Positions 50,570 to 61,039 of a stretch of DNA of 64,000 bases are shown piece after piece (position 1 is the first letter of the stretch; every line of letters starts with the position of its first letter). The stretch comes from an uncultured Verrucomicrobiae bacterium (GTDB taxonomy: Bacteria; Verrucomicrobiota; Verrucomicrobiia; Limisphaerales; JAFGQR01), in assembly GCA_963788655.1 (NCBI GenBank), contig CAWBHS010000060.1, forward strand, positions 342,907-406,906. Reading direction: 5' to 3'. The position numbers and the translations under genes were made by a program. Below the pieces are notes generated by a model that was not told where the DNA came from, did not search any database, and was given only the letters and a program-made list of their open reading frames with translations.

Positions 50570-50845
50570 ATGCCGCTCATCTTTGCCGTGCTCGCCCTCT
50601 TCGTGCCTCGAGTTATCATGCTGCTGCTCTGGCTGCTGACGAACTGGTTTCAGGGTGTCTATGCCACCGTGCTCTGGCCGGTGTTGGGATTTGTTATTAT
50701 GCCCACCACCACCCTCTGGTATTCGGCCGTGCAAAACTGGTTTCACGGCGAATGGGGACTCATTCCCGTCATCGGATTGGTGTTCAGCGTTCTGCTCGAT
50801 GTCTCGCCGTCCGGTTATCGCCAACGTCGGGTGCAATCCGCGTGA
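50570..50845 (+). CDS. Small hypothetical membrane protein
   Basis: MPLIFAVLALFVPRV..WPVLGFVIMPTTTLWY; preceded by a GGAAAGGA RBS. Confidence 0.75.
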   Translation: MPLIFAVLALFVPRVIMLLLWLLTNWFQGVYATVLWPVLGFVIMPTTTLWYSAVQNWFHGEWGLIPVIGLVFSVLLDVSPSGYRQRRVQSA

Positions 50846-51034
50846 TGTTCGCGTCCCTGTCCAGATCGGAATTGTCGAAATCGATGTTCATCATGTGGCT
50901 GCTGTCCGGCGAACCCTTTGTGGTGGACAGTCAAATTGGATTGTTGACGTCCAACTTTCCTTTTCAAGGGTTGCCTGGAGCGAGGGGCAGCGCCGGGTGA
51001 CACTTTAATGGTCTGACGATCCCGATGGCGATGG

Positions 51035-51468
51035 TTGCTCCAACCACGAGGAATACCCGGCCGGCGGAATCCTCACGTTCACCACAGCCGTTTTGCCCTC
51101 ACCATTGCCCGAGGGTACCGGAACGAAACGCAGGGCGCATTCGCCTGGATTACGAATGCCATTTTGCCCGGCGTGAAACGGGGTTCCGTGGCATGGGGCG
51201 ATTATATCTCCCAGGGTTACCGGAACGACCGGCCTGGCCCCTCCCGCTCGAGCGCTCCGAAATCCATTGCCTCACGGGTCAACCTGGTTCGCCGATCCTT
51301 CTGGAATGTGGCGGCTCGCCCGGGATGACCTACACGATCCAGACCTCGACCAATCTGGTGGACTGGACGGATTGCGCCGAGCGCCAGGCCGACCACGAAG
51401 GCCAATTCCAATACAGCGAAACGCCCGCCCCGATTCGAGCGATCTTCTACCGGCTGCGGTGGCCGTAA
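51035..51468 (+). pseudogene. C-terminal remnant of a secreted protein
   Basis: GSVAWGDY (FG-GAP-like) and YTIQTSTNLVDW..FYRLRWP occur in different frames. Confidence 0.55.
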
Positions 51469-51561
51469 CCAGCGCCTGGTGAACGGGCAACTTGGCTGAG
51501 CCCTGCGGTTTGGCTGGCTTGGTGCGGTTGACACCCGGACACCTTATGGCAGGCTTACGCT

Positions 51562-52512
51562 GTGGTTATCCAGAGCTTGAGCGCGAGTTCCATCCTGTGG
51601 TTGGCGGCCACTATCGTGACCGCGCAACCGGTGCCGGATTTCAGTCTGCCGGATGTGAATGCCAACTCACCGCGGTTCAACCAGACGGTTTCGCCGCGCG
51701 ACTACCGGCTGCAGGTTTCCGGTTATTATTTCGCCGATGCGGACTGTAGCTACTGCCGCAGCCAGTTTGGCTACCTCAACACCGTGGCCACCCAACTCCA
51801 GGCAAGCAATCCCGCCGTGCATATCGAAATCCTGGGGGTGAATTGGACGGAATATACCAATGCCAACTTCTTGATGACGGCCGGTCGGCAGTTGCCCTGG
51901 TTGCAGCCTGCTGCCACCAATACCGTTCACGATCTCTGGTCGGCAACGGAACGCGACGTGCGAATTCTGGATCCGCAGAATCGTTTGTTTGCCGTTTACA
52001 ACCTGACGACCCACAGCCTGGCGTTTCTCGACAATGTTACCGCCCTTAAGCAGCTTTTCCTCGACGCCGCGCAGTTTGTGGATACGGACGGCGATCACCT
52101 TCTCGACGATTGGGAGCTGCTTTATTTTGGCAATCTCAGCCCGAATCCCGCCGACGATCCGGATGGTGACCACCAGGACAACTTTACGGAATACGCCTTC
52201 GGCACGGACCCAAACGATGCCGTCTCCAAAACGTCCTTCCAACCAATTTGGATCGGCACCGTGCCCGACCAGTATTGTTCGCTGACGTTTCGCCGGCGCG
52301 CTGGATCAGCGGTGGAATACTTCGTGGAGCATTCGATCCAATGTGTCCCTTGGAATTCTTCGGGTGCGACCATCGAAGTGACCCAACCCTTTGTGAACTT
52401 GTTCGAGGGGACGGGGACTGGATGGACCACTTACCAGTTGAACGTGCCGCTACAGAATCAACCCAGCGGCTTTCTGCGGGTGCGGGCGACGCCGTTCGGT
52501 CAAGCACCATAG
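51562..52512 (+). CDS. Secreted thioredoxin-like (CxxC) protein with DTDGD repeats
   Basis: Motifs VPDFSLPDVN, CSYC, ILGVN and DTDGDHLLDDWE; C-terminal FLRV. Confidence 0.75.
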   Translation: MVIQSLSASSILWLAATIVTAQPVPDFSLPDVNANSPRFNQTVSPRDYRLQVSGYYFADADCSYCRSQFGYLNTVATQLQASNPAVHIEILGVNWTEYTNANFLMTAGRQLPWLQPAATNTVHDLWSATERDVRILDPQNRLFAVYNLTTHSLAFLDNVTALKQLFLDAAQFVDTDGDHLLDDWELLYFGNLSPNPADDPDGDHQDNFTEYAFGTDPNDAVSKTSFQPIWIGTVPDQYCSLTFRRRAGSAVEYFVEHSIQCVPWNSSGATIEVTQPFVNLFEGTGTGWTTYQLNVPLQNQPSGFLRVRATPFGQAP

Positions 52513-52620
52513 GACCAGGAGGGAATCGGCAAGCACAGTTTGGCCGGTTGTACCGCTACGGGCCCAATCGCGGATGTCCCCGTGGCAATCGACTTGATGC
52601 AGATTCTTTTCCGCACCCGC

Positions 52621-54054
52621 TTACCAGAATCGATCCCGCAACGCGGCTTCGGCGGCGTGAACGCCGCACAATCCATGAACGCCGCCGCCGGGCGGGGTGC
52701 TGGCCGAACAGAGATAGACTCCCGGCAACGGCGTGCGGTAAGGTGTGGGGCTAAGGATTGGGCGCGCCAGGAATTGCCACAGATTGGCCGCGCCGCCATT
52801 GATGTCGCCGCCAACGAGGTTCGCATTTTGGGCTTCCAGTTGGGCGCAATTGCATGGTGTGCCGGGCCAGGACTTGATCCCGGAAGCCGGGCGCAAACCG
52901 TTCGAGCTGGTCTTCAATGCGCTGGGTCATGTCAAAGCTGGATCCGTTCGGCACGTGGCAATAAGCCCAGGCGGTGTGTTGACCGGCTGGCGCGCGCGTG
53001 TCATCGAAGACGCTCGGCTGCGTAACGAGCACAAACGGTCGCTCCGGCAATAAGCCTTCGGCAACTGCGCGCTCGGCGGTTGCAACTTCATCCAGGGTGC
53101 CGCCCAGATGCACTGTTCCAGCGCGGGCGCACGCTTCGGCTCGCCAGGGAATCGGGCCGTGCAGGGCGTAGTCGATTTTGAACACCCCGGGGCCATAACG
53201 GTAATGTTCCAAGCGGCGGCGGTACGAACCCGTCAACCGATCCCCCGCCAGACGGAGCAATTGTCGCGGGGTGACATCCAACAAGACCACCCGTGCCGAA
53301 GGCAATTGGTCAAGATGCCCACGCGGACCCCGGTCCTGATCACACCCCCCAGGGCCTGCAAATGCGCGGCCAACGCATTGGCAATTCGCTGCGCGCCGCC
53401 CCGCGGTAAGGGCCAGCCAACGGCATGCGCCATCATCCCGAGCACGAGGCCAAAAGCGGCTGAGGGAATTTCTTCCAAGGGCAGAAACGAGTGCGCCGCC
53501 ATGCCGGCAAACAGGGCGCGCGCGGGCTCCGTAGCAAAGTGCCGACGCGCCAGACCAGCCGCCGACTGGAGGCCCCGCCAGCCAAAGGCCGCCAAATGCA
53601 GCGGATGCCGCGGCCAGTGCAACAGTGGTTGGAGCAATTCTGCCGCGATGGTTTCCCAATGCGCAACCATCGGCGACAGCAGCCGCCCGTAAGGCTTTTC
53701 GTCCGGGTCCAACCCTTCCGCAGTTTCGCTCACCGACTGGCACACCACGGCGGCGGTGCCATCGGCTAACGGATGCGCCAGCGGCAGGTCGGGTTGAATC
53801 CAGTCCAATCCATGCTCGGCCAATGGCAATTGCCGGAAGTAGGGCGACGCGACCGCAAGCGGGTGAATGGCCGAACAGACATCATGGACAAAACCGGGCC
53901 GGGTAAGTTCGGCCGAACGGGTTCCCCCACCGACGGTTTCACGGGCCTCCAGCACGAGCACTGACCGACCGTCCTGCGCCAGGCGGATGGCGGCGGCCAA
54001 TCCGTTCGGTCCAGAGCCAACCACAACCGCATCATACAAAGGTTTATTCGTCAC
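52621..54054 (-). CDS. Phytoene dehydrogenase-like FAD oxidoreductase (two frameshifts)
   Basis: [28 protein letters not shown] and [13 protein letters not shown], spread over three frames. Confidence 0.9.
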
Positions 54055-54172
54055 AGGATTTAACCGCGTCCAATGATTGTCTGGCACACCCTTTCCGATT
54101 CCAAGCACGTTTGGAAACGGATGTCGAAAACCATCGGAGCCGGGAGTAAACAGGGCCCTAAACCGTCAGCTT

Positions 54173-55189
54173 GGGGTCAGTCCCGCTAATTGGTAGTCAC
54201 CGGTTTTCTTGGGCACTACGCAAGCAATAGGTCACCATGCTGGTACTGCCCATGGCCAGCCGCTGTGCGATCCAACTCAACGTCATCGTGGTTTCCCGGC
54301 GCAGCCGCAGCGCCATCGCCACTTTTCCCACATCGCCTTTGCGCCGGATCGTCAATTCAGCTTCATCCCATCCTAATCGCTGCAATTCCCCCTGTACGAT
54401 GCGCTCCGCGATGACCACCGCCGATTCCTGACGTTCCTCTCCTCCGTGATGCGCGCCCAAGCCACCGGCCATTTGCGCCAACAATTCCTCCCGAAACTGC
54501 GAATCCCCAAGGCACCATCCGTGCCGCACTTCATTGAATTCTGCCCCGGATTCCGTCGCGCGTCGTGACTCCAACGCTTGTTCGAGCCGACGCCGGCCAG
54601 CAGCGCTATCCTGCGGAATCCGATACTCGCCAAGCAAACGATCCACTCGCAGCCACGGCCATCGTCGTGAGGGCGGTTTCAAGTATTCCGGCCAACTGCT
54701 CCAGCCATACGTCCGCTAACGCCTGCTCCGGCTTCACCAGACTTGGCCCGCGCCGGATTCAAATGCACGTAGTCACAAACCGTCTTCAAATACCCGTTGC
54801 CGCTTCCGTCCACGATCAACGCCTTGTAACGGCCGCTGAACAAATGCCCGAAAACTTTGTGCCGCCGGTTGAACCGCCCCGTGTAGGTTCCCAGAAACCA
54901 TTTCATCCCCGCCACCAAGTCGCCGTCGCGGCGTCTCCACCACCAGATGAAAATGATTGGGCATCAGACAAAGCGCATGCACTTGCCAGCCCGCCTTGCG
55001 CGCAGGCCTCACCCAGCGTGCTCACGAACCGCTGCCGGTCCTCATCATCCTTGACGATCGGCTCGCGCCGATCGCCCCGATTCATCACATGATAAATCGC
55101 CCCGGGATATTCCACTCTGAGCTTGCGTGCCATGATGGGTGGCAGGATGTCGCAATCCAATTGTATTGTCAATTACCGGGACTGACCCC
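54173..55189 (-). mobile_element. RAYT/Y1 transposase element bounded by 20-bp inverted repeats
   Basis: ggggtcagtcccgctaattg (54173-92) matches the reverse complement of 55170-89 at 19/20 positions. TTGACA overlaps the upstream IR. Confidence 0.8.
54197..55133 (-). CDS. RAYT-like Y1 transposase with C-terminal HTH (several frameshifts)
   Basis: Motifs MARKLRVEYPGAIYHVMNRG, MPNHFHLVVETP, GHLFSGRYK, YVHLNP and LRRETTMTLSWIAQRLAMG. Confidence 0.85.
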
Positions 55190-57176
55190 CTGGATGCGGC
55201 CGAATTTCTTTTCGAGTTCGCGGTAGCTCATTTCGATGAGGGTGGGACGACCGTGCGGGCAGGTGTAAGGCATGGCGCAGCAGCGGAGGTCGTGGAGCAG
55301 TTGTTCGAGTTCGGGGCCGGCCATCGGGTCGTTGGCTTTGATGGCGTGGCGGCAAACGGTCTTGGCAATGGTGTCTTCGCCCAATCGATGGGAGTGTGAC
55401 TTCCTGGCCGGCGGCTTTGAGACCATCGACTAACTCGAGCACGAATTGCCGGGGCTGGGAGACCTTTACAAACGGAGGCAGCGCGTCGAGCAGGAACGTG
55501 CGTTCGCCGAACTCGTTCAAACCCACGCCCAAGCGCGTCAAGGACGGCAAAAGCTCACGCACAAATTGGGCGTCGCGCACTGATAGCTCGACTGTTTCCG
55601 GCAACAGCAAGCGCTGCGACGGCGCCTGTCCTTGGGCCATTCGGTCGAGCATTTGTTCGAACAAAACGCGTTCGTGAGCGGCGTGTTGATCCATGAGCAC
55701 CAGGCCGCGATCCGATTCCAACACCACATACAATCTGCCGATCACGCCCACCAGACGGAGAGGGACTTTGAGCAACGGGGTGGGTTCGGCAGGGGCGAGA
55801 GCTGGGGCAGGTTGGGCGATCGGTGGGCGAGCGTTGGCGCAGGTGTTGCCGGCGCATTCGAAAACTCAATGCCAGGTCGTGCTTCCGGAGCCGAAGCATT
55901 TTGTTCGGTTGGTGCCGGTGAAGGCGGCACACGGTCGATGCGGTGATGCTGGAGGCATCGCCAGCGGCGCGCCGGTCAATTCGGTGAAGTTGGGGAATTC
56001 ACGCGGCACTGCGGTGGGGGATTCGTCCACTTTGGTGGGAGCCGCCGTCGGAGCGCTGCTGGCTGGCGCGGCGTTTGTGACCGAATCCGTGCCGGAATGA
56101 AAGTCCAGCAAGGTTCGGCGCACTGCGTCGCTGACGAACTGGCGCACGACCCGGTCGTTGTGGAATTTCACTTCGCGCTTGGCCGGATGCACGTTCACAT
56201 CCACCAGCGCGGGATCCATTTCCAAAAACAGACAACACACCGGATACCGGCCTTTCATCAGCGCGGTGTGGTAGCCCTCGAGCAAGGCATAATTCAGCGT
56301 GCGGCTCTCGACCGGGCGGCGGTTCACGAACACGTATTGGTCCTCCCGCGTGGCGCGCGACACGCCGGGCTGGCCCAGACAACCCCACAACCGAATCGAC
56401 GACGGCGGATGAGCGGATCGTGTTTCCGCCTCGGCCGCTTCGGAATCGATCACCGCTTCCAGTTGGGCCGTGTGATCAACGGCGAGCAACTGTTGTTCGT
56501 TCCCGAACAATGCGCGCAACCGCTCGCGCAACGCCTGCAGCCGAGCCGCATTGGTGGGTTCGTGTTTGACTGCCGGTAACTGCCAGACCTGACGTCCGTC
56601 CCGGATCAGGTTGAACGCCACGTGCGGATGCGCGAGCGCGGCCAAGGTTAAATAATGATGAATGTGGGCGTATTCGGTTTCTTTGCTCCGAAGAAACTTC
56701 CGGCGGGCCGGCAGGTTGAAGAAAAGTTGGCGCACTTCCAGGCACGTGCCCGCGGGGCTGCCGGCGGCTTTGACATCAAGGATTTTGCCGCCGTTGATGA
56801 TGATCCGCGTGGCTTCCTCCGCCTCTTCGCGCTCGCGGGTGGTCAAGGTCAGGCGGCTGACGCTCGCAATGCTGGGCAAGGCTTCACCGCGAAATCCCAT
56901 CGTGGCGATGGCCTGCAAATCTTCGGCGCGCTGAATCTTGCTGGTGGCGTGACGTTCCAGACTCAGCAACGCGTCATCGCGGCTCATGCCCGCGCCGTCG
57001 TCGGTCACGCGAATGAGGCTGCGTCCGCCCGCCTGGATTTCCACCGTGATGCGGTCGGCTCCGGCATCGAGCGCATTCTCGACCAGTTCCTTGACGACGC
57101 TGGCCGGACGTTCCACCACTTCGCCGGCGGCAATCTGGTTGGCAACGTGATCGGGGAGCAGGCGAATCCGGTTCAT
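55169..57176 (-). CDS. mutL: DNA mismatch repair protein MutL (two frameshifts)
   Basis: Motifs NQIAAGEVVERP, GFRGEAL, DVNVHPAK, the endonuclease motif DQHAAHER and CPHGRP. Confidence 0.95.
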
Positions 57177-57253
57177 CGAAATGACGGTGCGGGAACAATC
57201 AACTCGTTGGGGCGATCAGCATTCATGAACACAGGCCGAACCTACGAGGGAGG

Positions 57254-58357
57254 TCAGTGCTTTGCCAGTGGCAACGTAAACGCAAAAACCGCCCCCCCGC
57301 CGGGTCGATTGGAGGCGCGGATTTGGCCGCCATGTTCTTCGATGATCTTCTTGATGATCGAAAGCCCCAGGCCGGTTCCCTTGGGTTTGCCGAAGGTAAC
57401 AAAGGCCTCGAAGAGTCGGTCAGCCACCTCGGGAGGAATGCCCGGGCCGGTGTCTTCAACCTCCGTGGTGATTTCCCGGTCGTTGGTTTGGAACCGCAGT
57501 TTCACGGTCCCGCCATTGGGCATCATATCCACGGCGTTGCCGAACAGGTTGCAAAAGACGCGGCTCACCCGTTTCAGATTGAGCGGCACTTTGACGGTCG
57601 GCGGCTCCTGCTCCAGTTCCACTGTGACCGACTTGAGCAGCATCTCCGGCTGATAGTCGTCCAGGATCGAATGCATAAACGCGGCATAATCGACGAGGGC
57701 GAACGTTTGCGTGCCCGTGCCTCCGCGCGTGAACTCGAGAATGTCGTTCACCATGTTGGTGATGCGTTCGACCTGTTTGGCCACCCGTTTCTTGGCGGTG
57801 CAACGCTCATCCATCGTCGCCTCCGGATCGGCCATCAGGTCCGCGGCCAATCCGATGATGCAAAGCGGATTCTTCAGGTCGTGAACAATGGAACTGGCAA
57901 ACCGCCCCACCAGCGCCATGCGCTCGGCCTGCACTACTTCGCGAATGTGCTGTTGGTTGAATTCCCGCAGTCGCTGGCTGATTTCCTGGACCAGTTTCAT
58001 GGACAATTCCGGCGACTGCCGCAATAAATCCATCATGCTTTCCCGCGGCACAAAATAGACGCTTGTCGCCGCCTGGGCGGTGGCCGTGGCGGAACGTGGC
58101 TGATGGTCCACCAGGGTCATTTCACCAAACACATCGCCCGGCAGCACTTCGCCCAAACCCAGCGGTTCACCCGCACCGGCCGGAGCGGAAATCTTCACCG
58201 CGCCGTCCCGGACCACATAAACGCCATCGCCCGGGTCGCCCAGTTTGAAGATCTCCTGACCGGCGGCAAAACTCAACTCGCGGGTAGCTTCCCTGAGCTT
58301 CGTCAATTCCGCTTTCGGGAGTTGGTTGAACAGTTTGCTGGTTTCCAGCGTAACCAT
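57254..58357 (-). CDS. Cyclic-nucleotide-binding domain histidine kinase
   Basis: Motifs FGEM..PRSATA, HDLKNPL and GTGLGL. Confidence 0.9.
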   Translation of the reverse strand: MVTLETSKLFNQLPKAELTKLREATRELSFAAGQEIFKLGDPGDGVYVVRDGAVKISAPAGAGEPLGLGEVLPGDVFGEMTLVDHQPRSATATAQAATSVYFVPRESMMDLLRQSPELSMKLVQEISQRLREFNQQHIREVVQAERMALVGRFASSIVHDLKNPLCIIGLAADLMADPEATMDERCTAKKRVAKQVERITNMVNDILEFTRGGTGTQTFALVDYAAFMHSILDDYQPEMLLKSVTVELEQEPPTVKVPLNLKRVSRVFCNLFGNAVDMMPNGGTVKLRFQTNDREITTEVEDTGPGIPPEVADRLFEAFVTFGKPKGTGLGLSIIKKIIEEHGGQIRASNRPGGGAVFAFTLPLAKH

Positions 58358-58564
58358 GGGAGGCACTCTACCGGAATCGAAAGCGCCGTAAAGATCAGAT
58401 TGTCCGAAAGCGCGATGAGCCTTTGGGCGGGGCGGCAACATCTCGGATTTCGGGCTTCGATCTTCGACCTTCCGATTTCTTTCGGGTTTCGGATTTCGGC
58501 CATCGGGTTTCTTTGACCTTTCTCCCTGACAATATTGTTAACCGACGCTAGCCTGACTCACATC

Positions 58565-59542
58565 ATGAATGATCGATCAGAATTCTCCCGCCGACAATTT
58601 CTAAAAACCACTGCCGCCGCAGCCATCGTCTCCGGCCTCGCCACCACCGAAAACCAAGGTGCGCCCGCGGCCACACGACGGCCCATGACGGTGACCTGTC
58701 GGGATGCGTATTTGAAAATGACCGGCCAACCTGATTGCTGGTCCGCAATGAAGGAACTGGGCGTGGACGGGGTGGAAGTAGTGGTCGATGAAGCCATGCT
58801 CTGCCCCGGTCTTTATCAGCGTGCCGGCCAATACCATCTGGCCACGCCGGACGATGCCCGGAAGCTCAAAGACGATTTTGCCAGTCACGGCATGACTCTT
58901 ACGGCGCTTTGCATGAGCAACCGGTTTGATGAGCGCCTGCCGGAGGAGATCGCCTGGACCAGCAAAGTGGTCCAAGCCGCTGATCAGCTTGGCGTAAGGG
59001 CCGTTCGCATTGACGTGGTGCCGCGCAAGCTTGCGGTGGACGCATTTCTTCCCTTCGCCATCAAGGCCTGCCAGCAGATTTGTGAAGTGGCCGCCGGCAC
59101 CGCCGTCCGTTTCGGCATCGAGAATCACGGCCGGATCACCAACGACCCGGCGTTTCTGGAAAAGCTGTTCGCCGGCGTGAATTCTTCGCGGCTGGGCCTG
59201 ACGCTCGATGTCATGAATTTCTACTGGTTTGGGCACCCGCTGAACAACGTGTATCCGATCTGCGAAACGTTTGCCGCGCGGGTTGTCCACACGCACTGCA
59301 AGAACCTGCGTTATCCGGACGACAAAAAGAATGTGCGCCGCCCGATGGGCTGGGAATATGGAAAGTACGCCGCCCCGGTTTACGCTGGGGACATCGACTA
59401 TTCTCGCGTGGTGAGCATTCTGCGAAAGGCCGGCTACCACGGTGACCTTTGCCTGGAGAACGAATGCCTGGGCCACTTCCCCAAAGACCAGCACGTTGCG
59501 GTGCTGAAGAAGGAAATCGCCCGGTTGCGAAGTCTGGCCTGA
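58565..59542 (+). CDS. Tat-exported sugar phosphate isomerase/epimerase (xylose-isomerase-like TIM barrel)
   Basis: SRRQFLK leader; motifs GIENHG, HTHCK and LCLENE. Confidence 0.85.
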   Translation: MNDRSEFSRRQFLKTTAAAAIVSGLATTENQGAPAATRRPMTVTCRDAYLKMTGQPDCWSAMKELGVDGVEVVVDEAMLCPGLYQRAGQYHLATPDDARKLKDDFASHGMTLTALCMSNRFDERLPEEIAWTSKVVQAADQLGVRAVRIDVVPRKLAVDAFLPFAIKACQQICEVAAGTAVRFGIENHGRITNDPAFLEKLFAGVNSSRLGLTLDVMNFYWFGHPLNNVYPICETFAARVVHTHCKNLRYPDDKKNVRRPMGWEYGKYAAPVYAGDIDYSRVVSILRKAGYHGDLCLENECLGHFPKDQHVAVLKKEIARLRSLA

Positions 59543-59716
59543 CCTCTCAACATGGCCGGGCAAGAGCATCGGTTTGAAAATTTTCGCGGGGTAGTCGTTC
59601 TAGAGAATTTGCGTGCAATGGCCGCCCAAATGCATCAGGCTTCGCATCTTTGAGATTACCAATGAGCAAAACAATCTGAAGCATGAACTCGGTCGGCCTG
59701 CAAGAATCAACGGGAG

Positions 59717-60085
59717 GTGAATAGAATGTCCAAATCCAAAATGAAGGTGCCAGGACAAACGTGGCCAGGAATGATTGAAAGTGTGCTGAAAACTGCCATG
59801 TATAAAGGGAAGTTGTTTCCCATACTCTTTTCTGGAGTAATGGGCTTGTTCATCTATAAAATGCCCCCTGAAGATCTGGGATCTTTGGCAGGAGAGATTT
59901 ACCAGGACATAAAGTCGCATCAGATTTTGGGCTACGTTTTAGCTTGCATTACGTTGCTGGCGTGGTTCATTCACCTACGGTTGCAACGAAGAGTTTTTAC
60001 TGCTGAAATGAAGCGTGCCACGGAAGAAAAAACCCGATGGCAGAAAGCGAATTTGGGTGATCAAATAGAGTCCAGTCGCACATGA
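59717..60085 (+). CDS. Hypothetical two-TM protein (low GC)
   Basis: GGAGG RBS region and two hydrophobic segments; the start is uncertain. Confidence 0.65.
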   Translation: MNRMSKSKMKVPGQTWPGMIESVLKTAMYKGKLFPILFSGVMGLFIYKMPPEDLGSLAGEIYQDIKSHQILGYVLACITLLAWFIHLRLQRRVFTAEMKRATEEKTRWQKANLGDQIESSRT

Positions 60086-60594
60086 AAACGCTGCTTTATG
60101 TATTCGTCCTGTTTTTCGTAATTCACTTCGTTTACGAGATTATCATCTTACCTACCATTCGAGTAAGTCTGAGGTTTCGCTTCTTCGCTCTCAGAGATCG
60201 TCTTCGGTGGTTAAAGCAACAGCATCCCGAGATGGAAGATGATATTTATAAGCTGTTTCAAAACTCAATTAATACCAGCATTAAGATGCTTTCCCGAATC
60301 GACATGCAGACGTTGAATGCTGTGCAGGCGGCCGTCAGGAGCGACGAAAGCTTTCGCAAACGGATTCAACGCCGGATTGAACTGATTGATGGTTGTGAAT
60401 TGGAGGAAGTGCGAAAGCTGGATCGGGTGCTGTATGCCACAACTTGCAAAGCAGTATTCGCGAACAGCGCCATGTTCTTCATCTATTTGGTTCCGTTTCT
60501 CACTTTGTATGGGCTGAAGGAAGCATTACGCAGTTTTCTGGCGACCCCTGAACCAGAGATTAGCAAGTTTATTCCAGACGCGTCGCCGGCTTAA
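60082..60594 (+). CDS. Hypothetical membrane protein (low GC)
   Basis: ATGA overlap with the previous gene; N- and C-terminal TM segments. Confidence 0.7.
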   Translation: MKTLLYVFVLFFVIHFVYEIIILPTIRVSLRFRFFALRDRLRWLKQQHPEMEDDIYKLFQNSINTSIKMLSRIDMQTLNAVQAAVRSDESFRKRIQRRIELIDGCELEEVRKLDRVLYATTCKAVFANSAMFFIYLVPFLTLYGLKEALRSFLATPEPEISKFIPDASPA

Positions 60595-60826
60595 GAACTT
60601 CGCCACTGTTCCACCCTCACTTTCCGACGATGATTCTGTGCGCTTTTGTTGGTGTCCATTGAAATTGCGCTTCTTGCGCTTGAAAGTGGGAAGCCACACA
60701 TTGCGCGGCAAAGCGCACAAGCCGCTTGAATATTCCTCTTGCCCAACCTCCTGAACTAACGCCGTCTCCAGCCAATTCAAGAAAACCTCACAAGATCACC
60801 GACGGGGCTCAAACCTCGTTTTTGTT

Positions 60827-60913
60827 TGGTACCGATGGAGGGGCTCGAACCCCCACTCCCTCGCGGGAACCAGATTTTCAGTCTAGCGCGTCTGCCAATT
60901 CCGCCACATCGGC
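60827..60913 (-). tRNA. Class II tRNA with Leu-type body; anticodon reads GAA (Phe)
   Basis: Acceptor stem GCCGATG/CATCGGT plus ACCA; D-arm GGCGGAATTGGCAGACGCG; anticodon arm CTAGA-CTGAAAA-TCTGG; long variable arm; T-loop TTCGAGC. Confidence 0.93.
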
Positions 60914-61039
60914 TTGCTGGTCGTCAGCAACTTGTGAACTAAAGCCAACTGTTGATTCACGTTTGCGACCGCGTTGCCTTGCGAAATGCAAAGTGACTTT
61001 GCGCACGTCGCATGGGCAATCTGGCAGCGGCTCCAGTTC

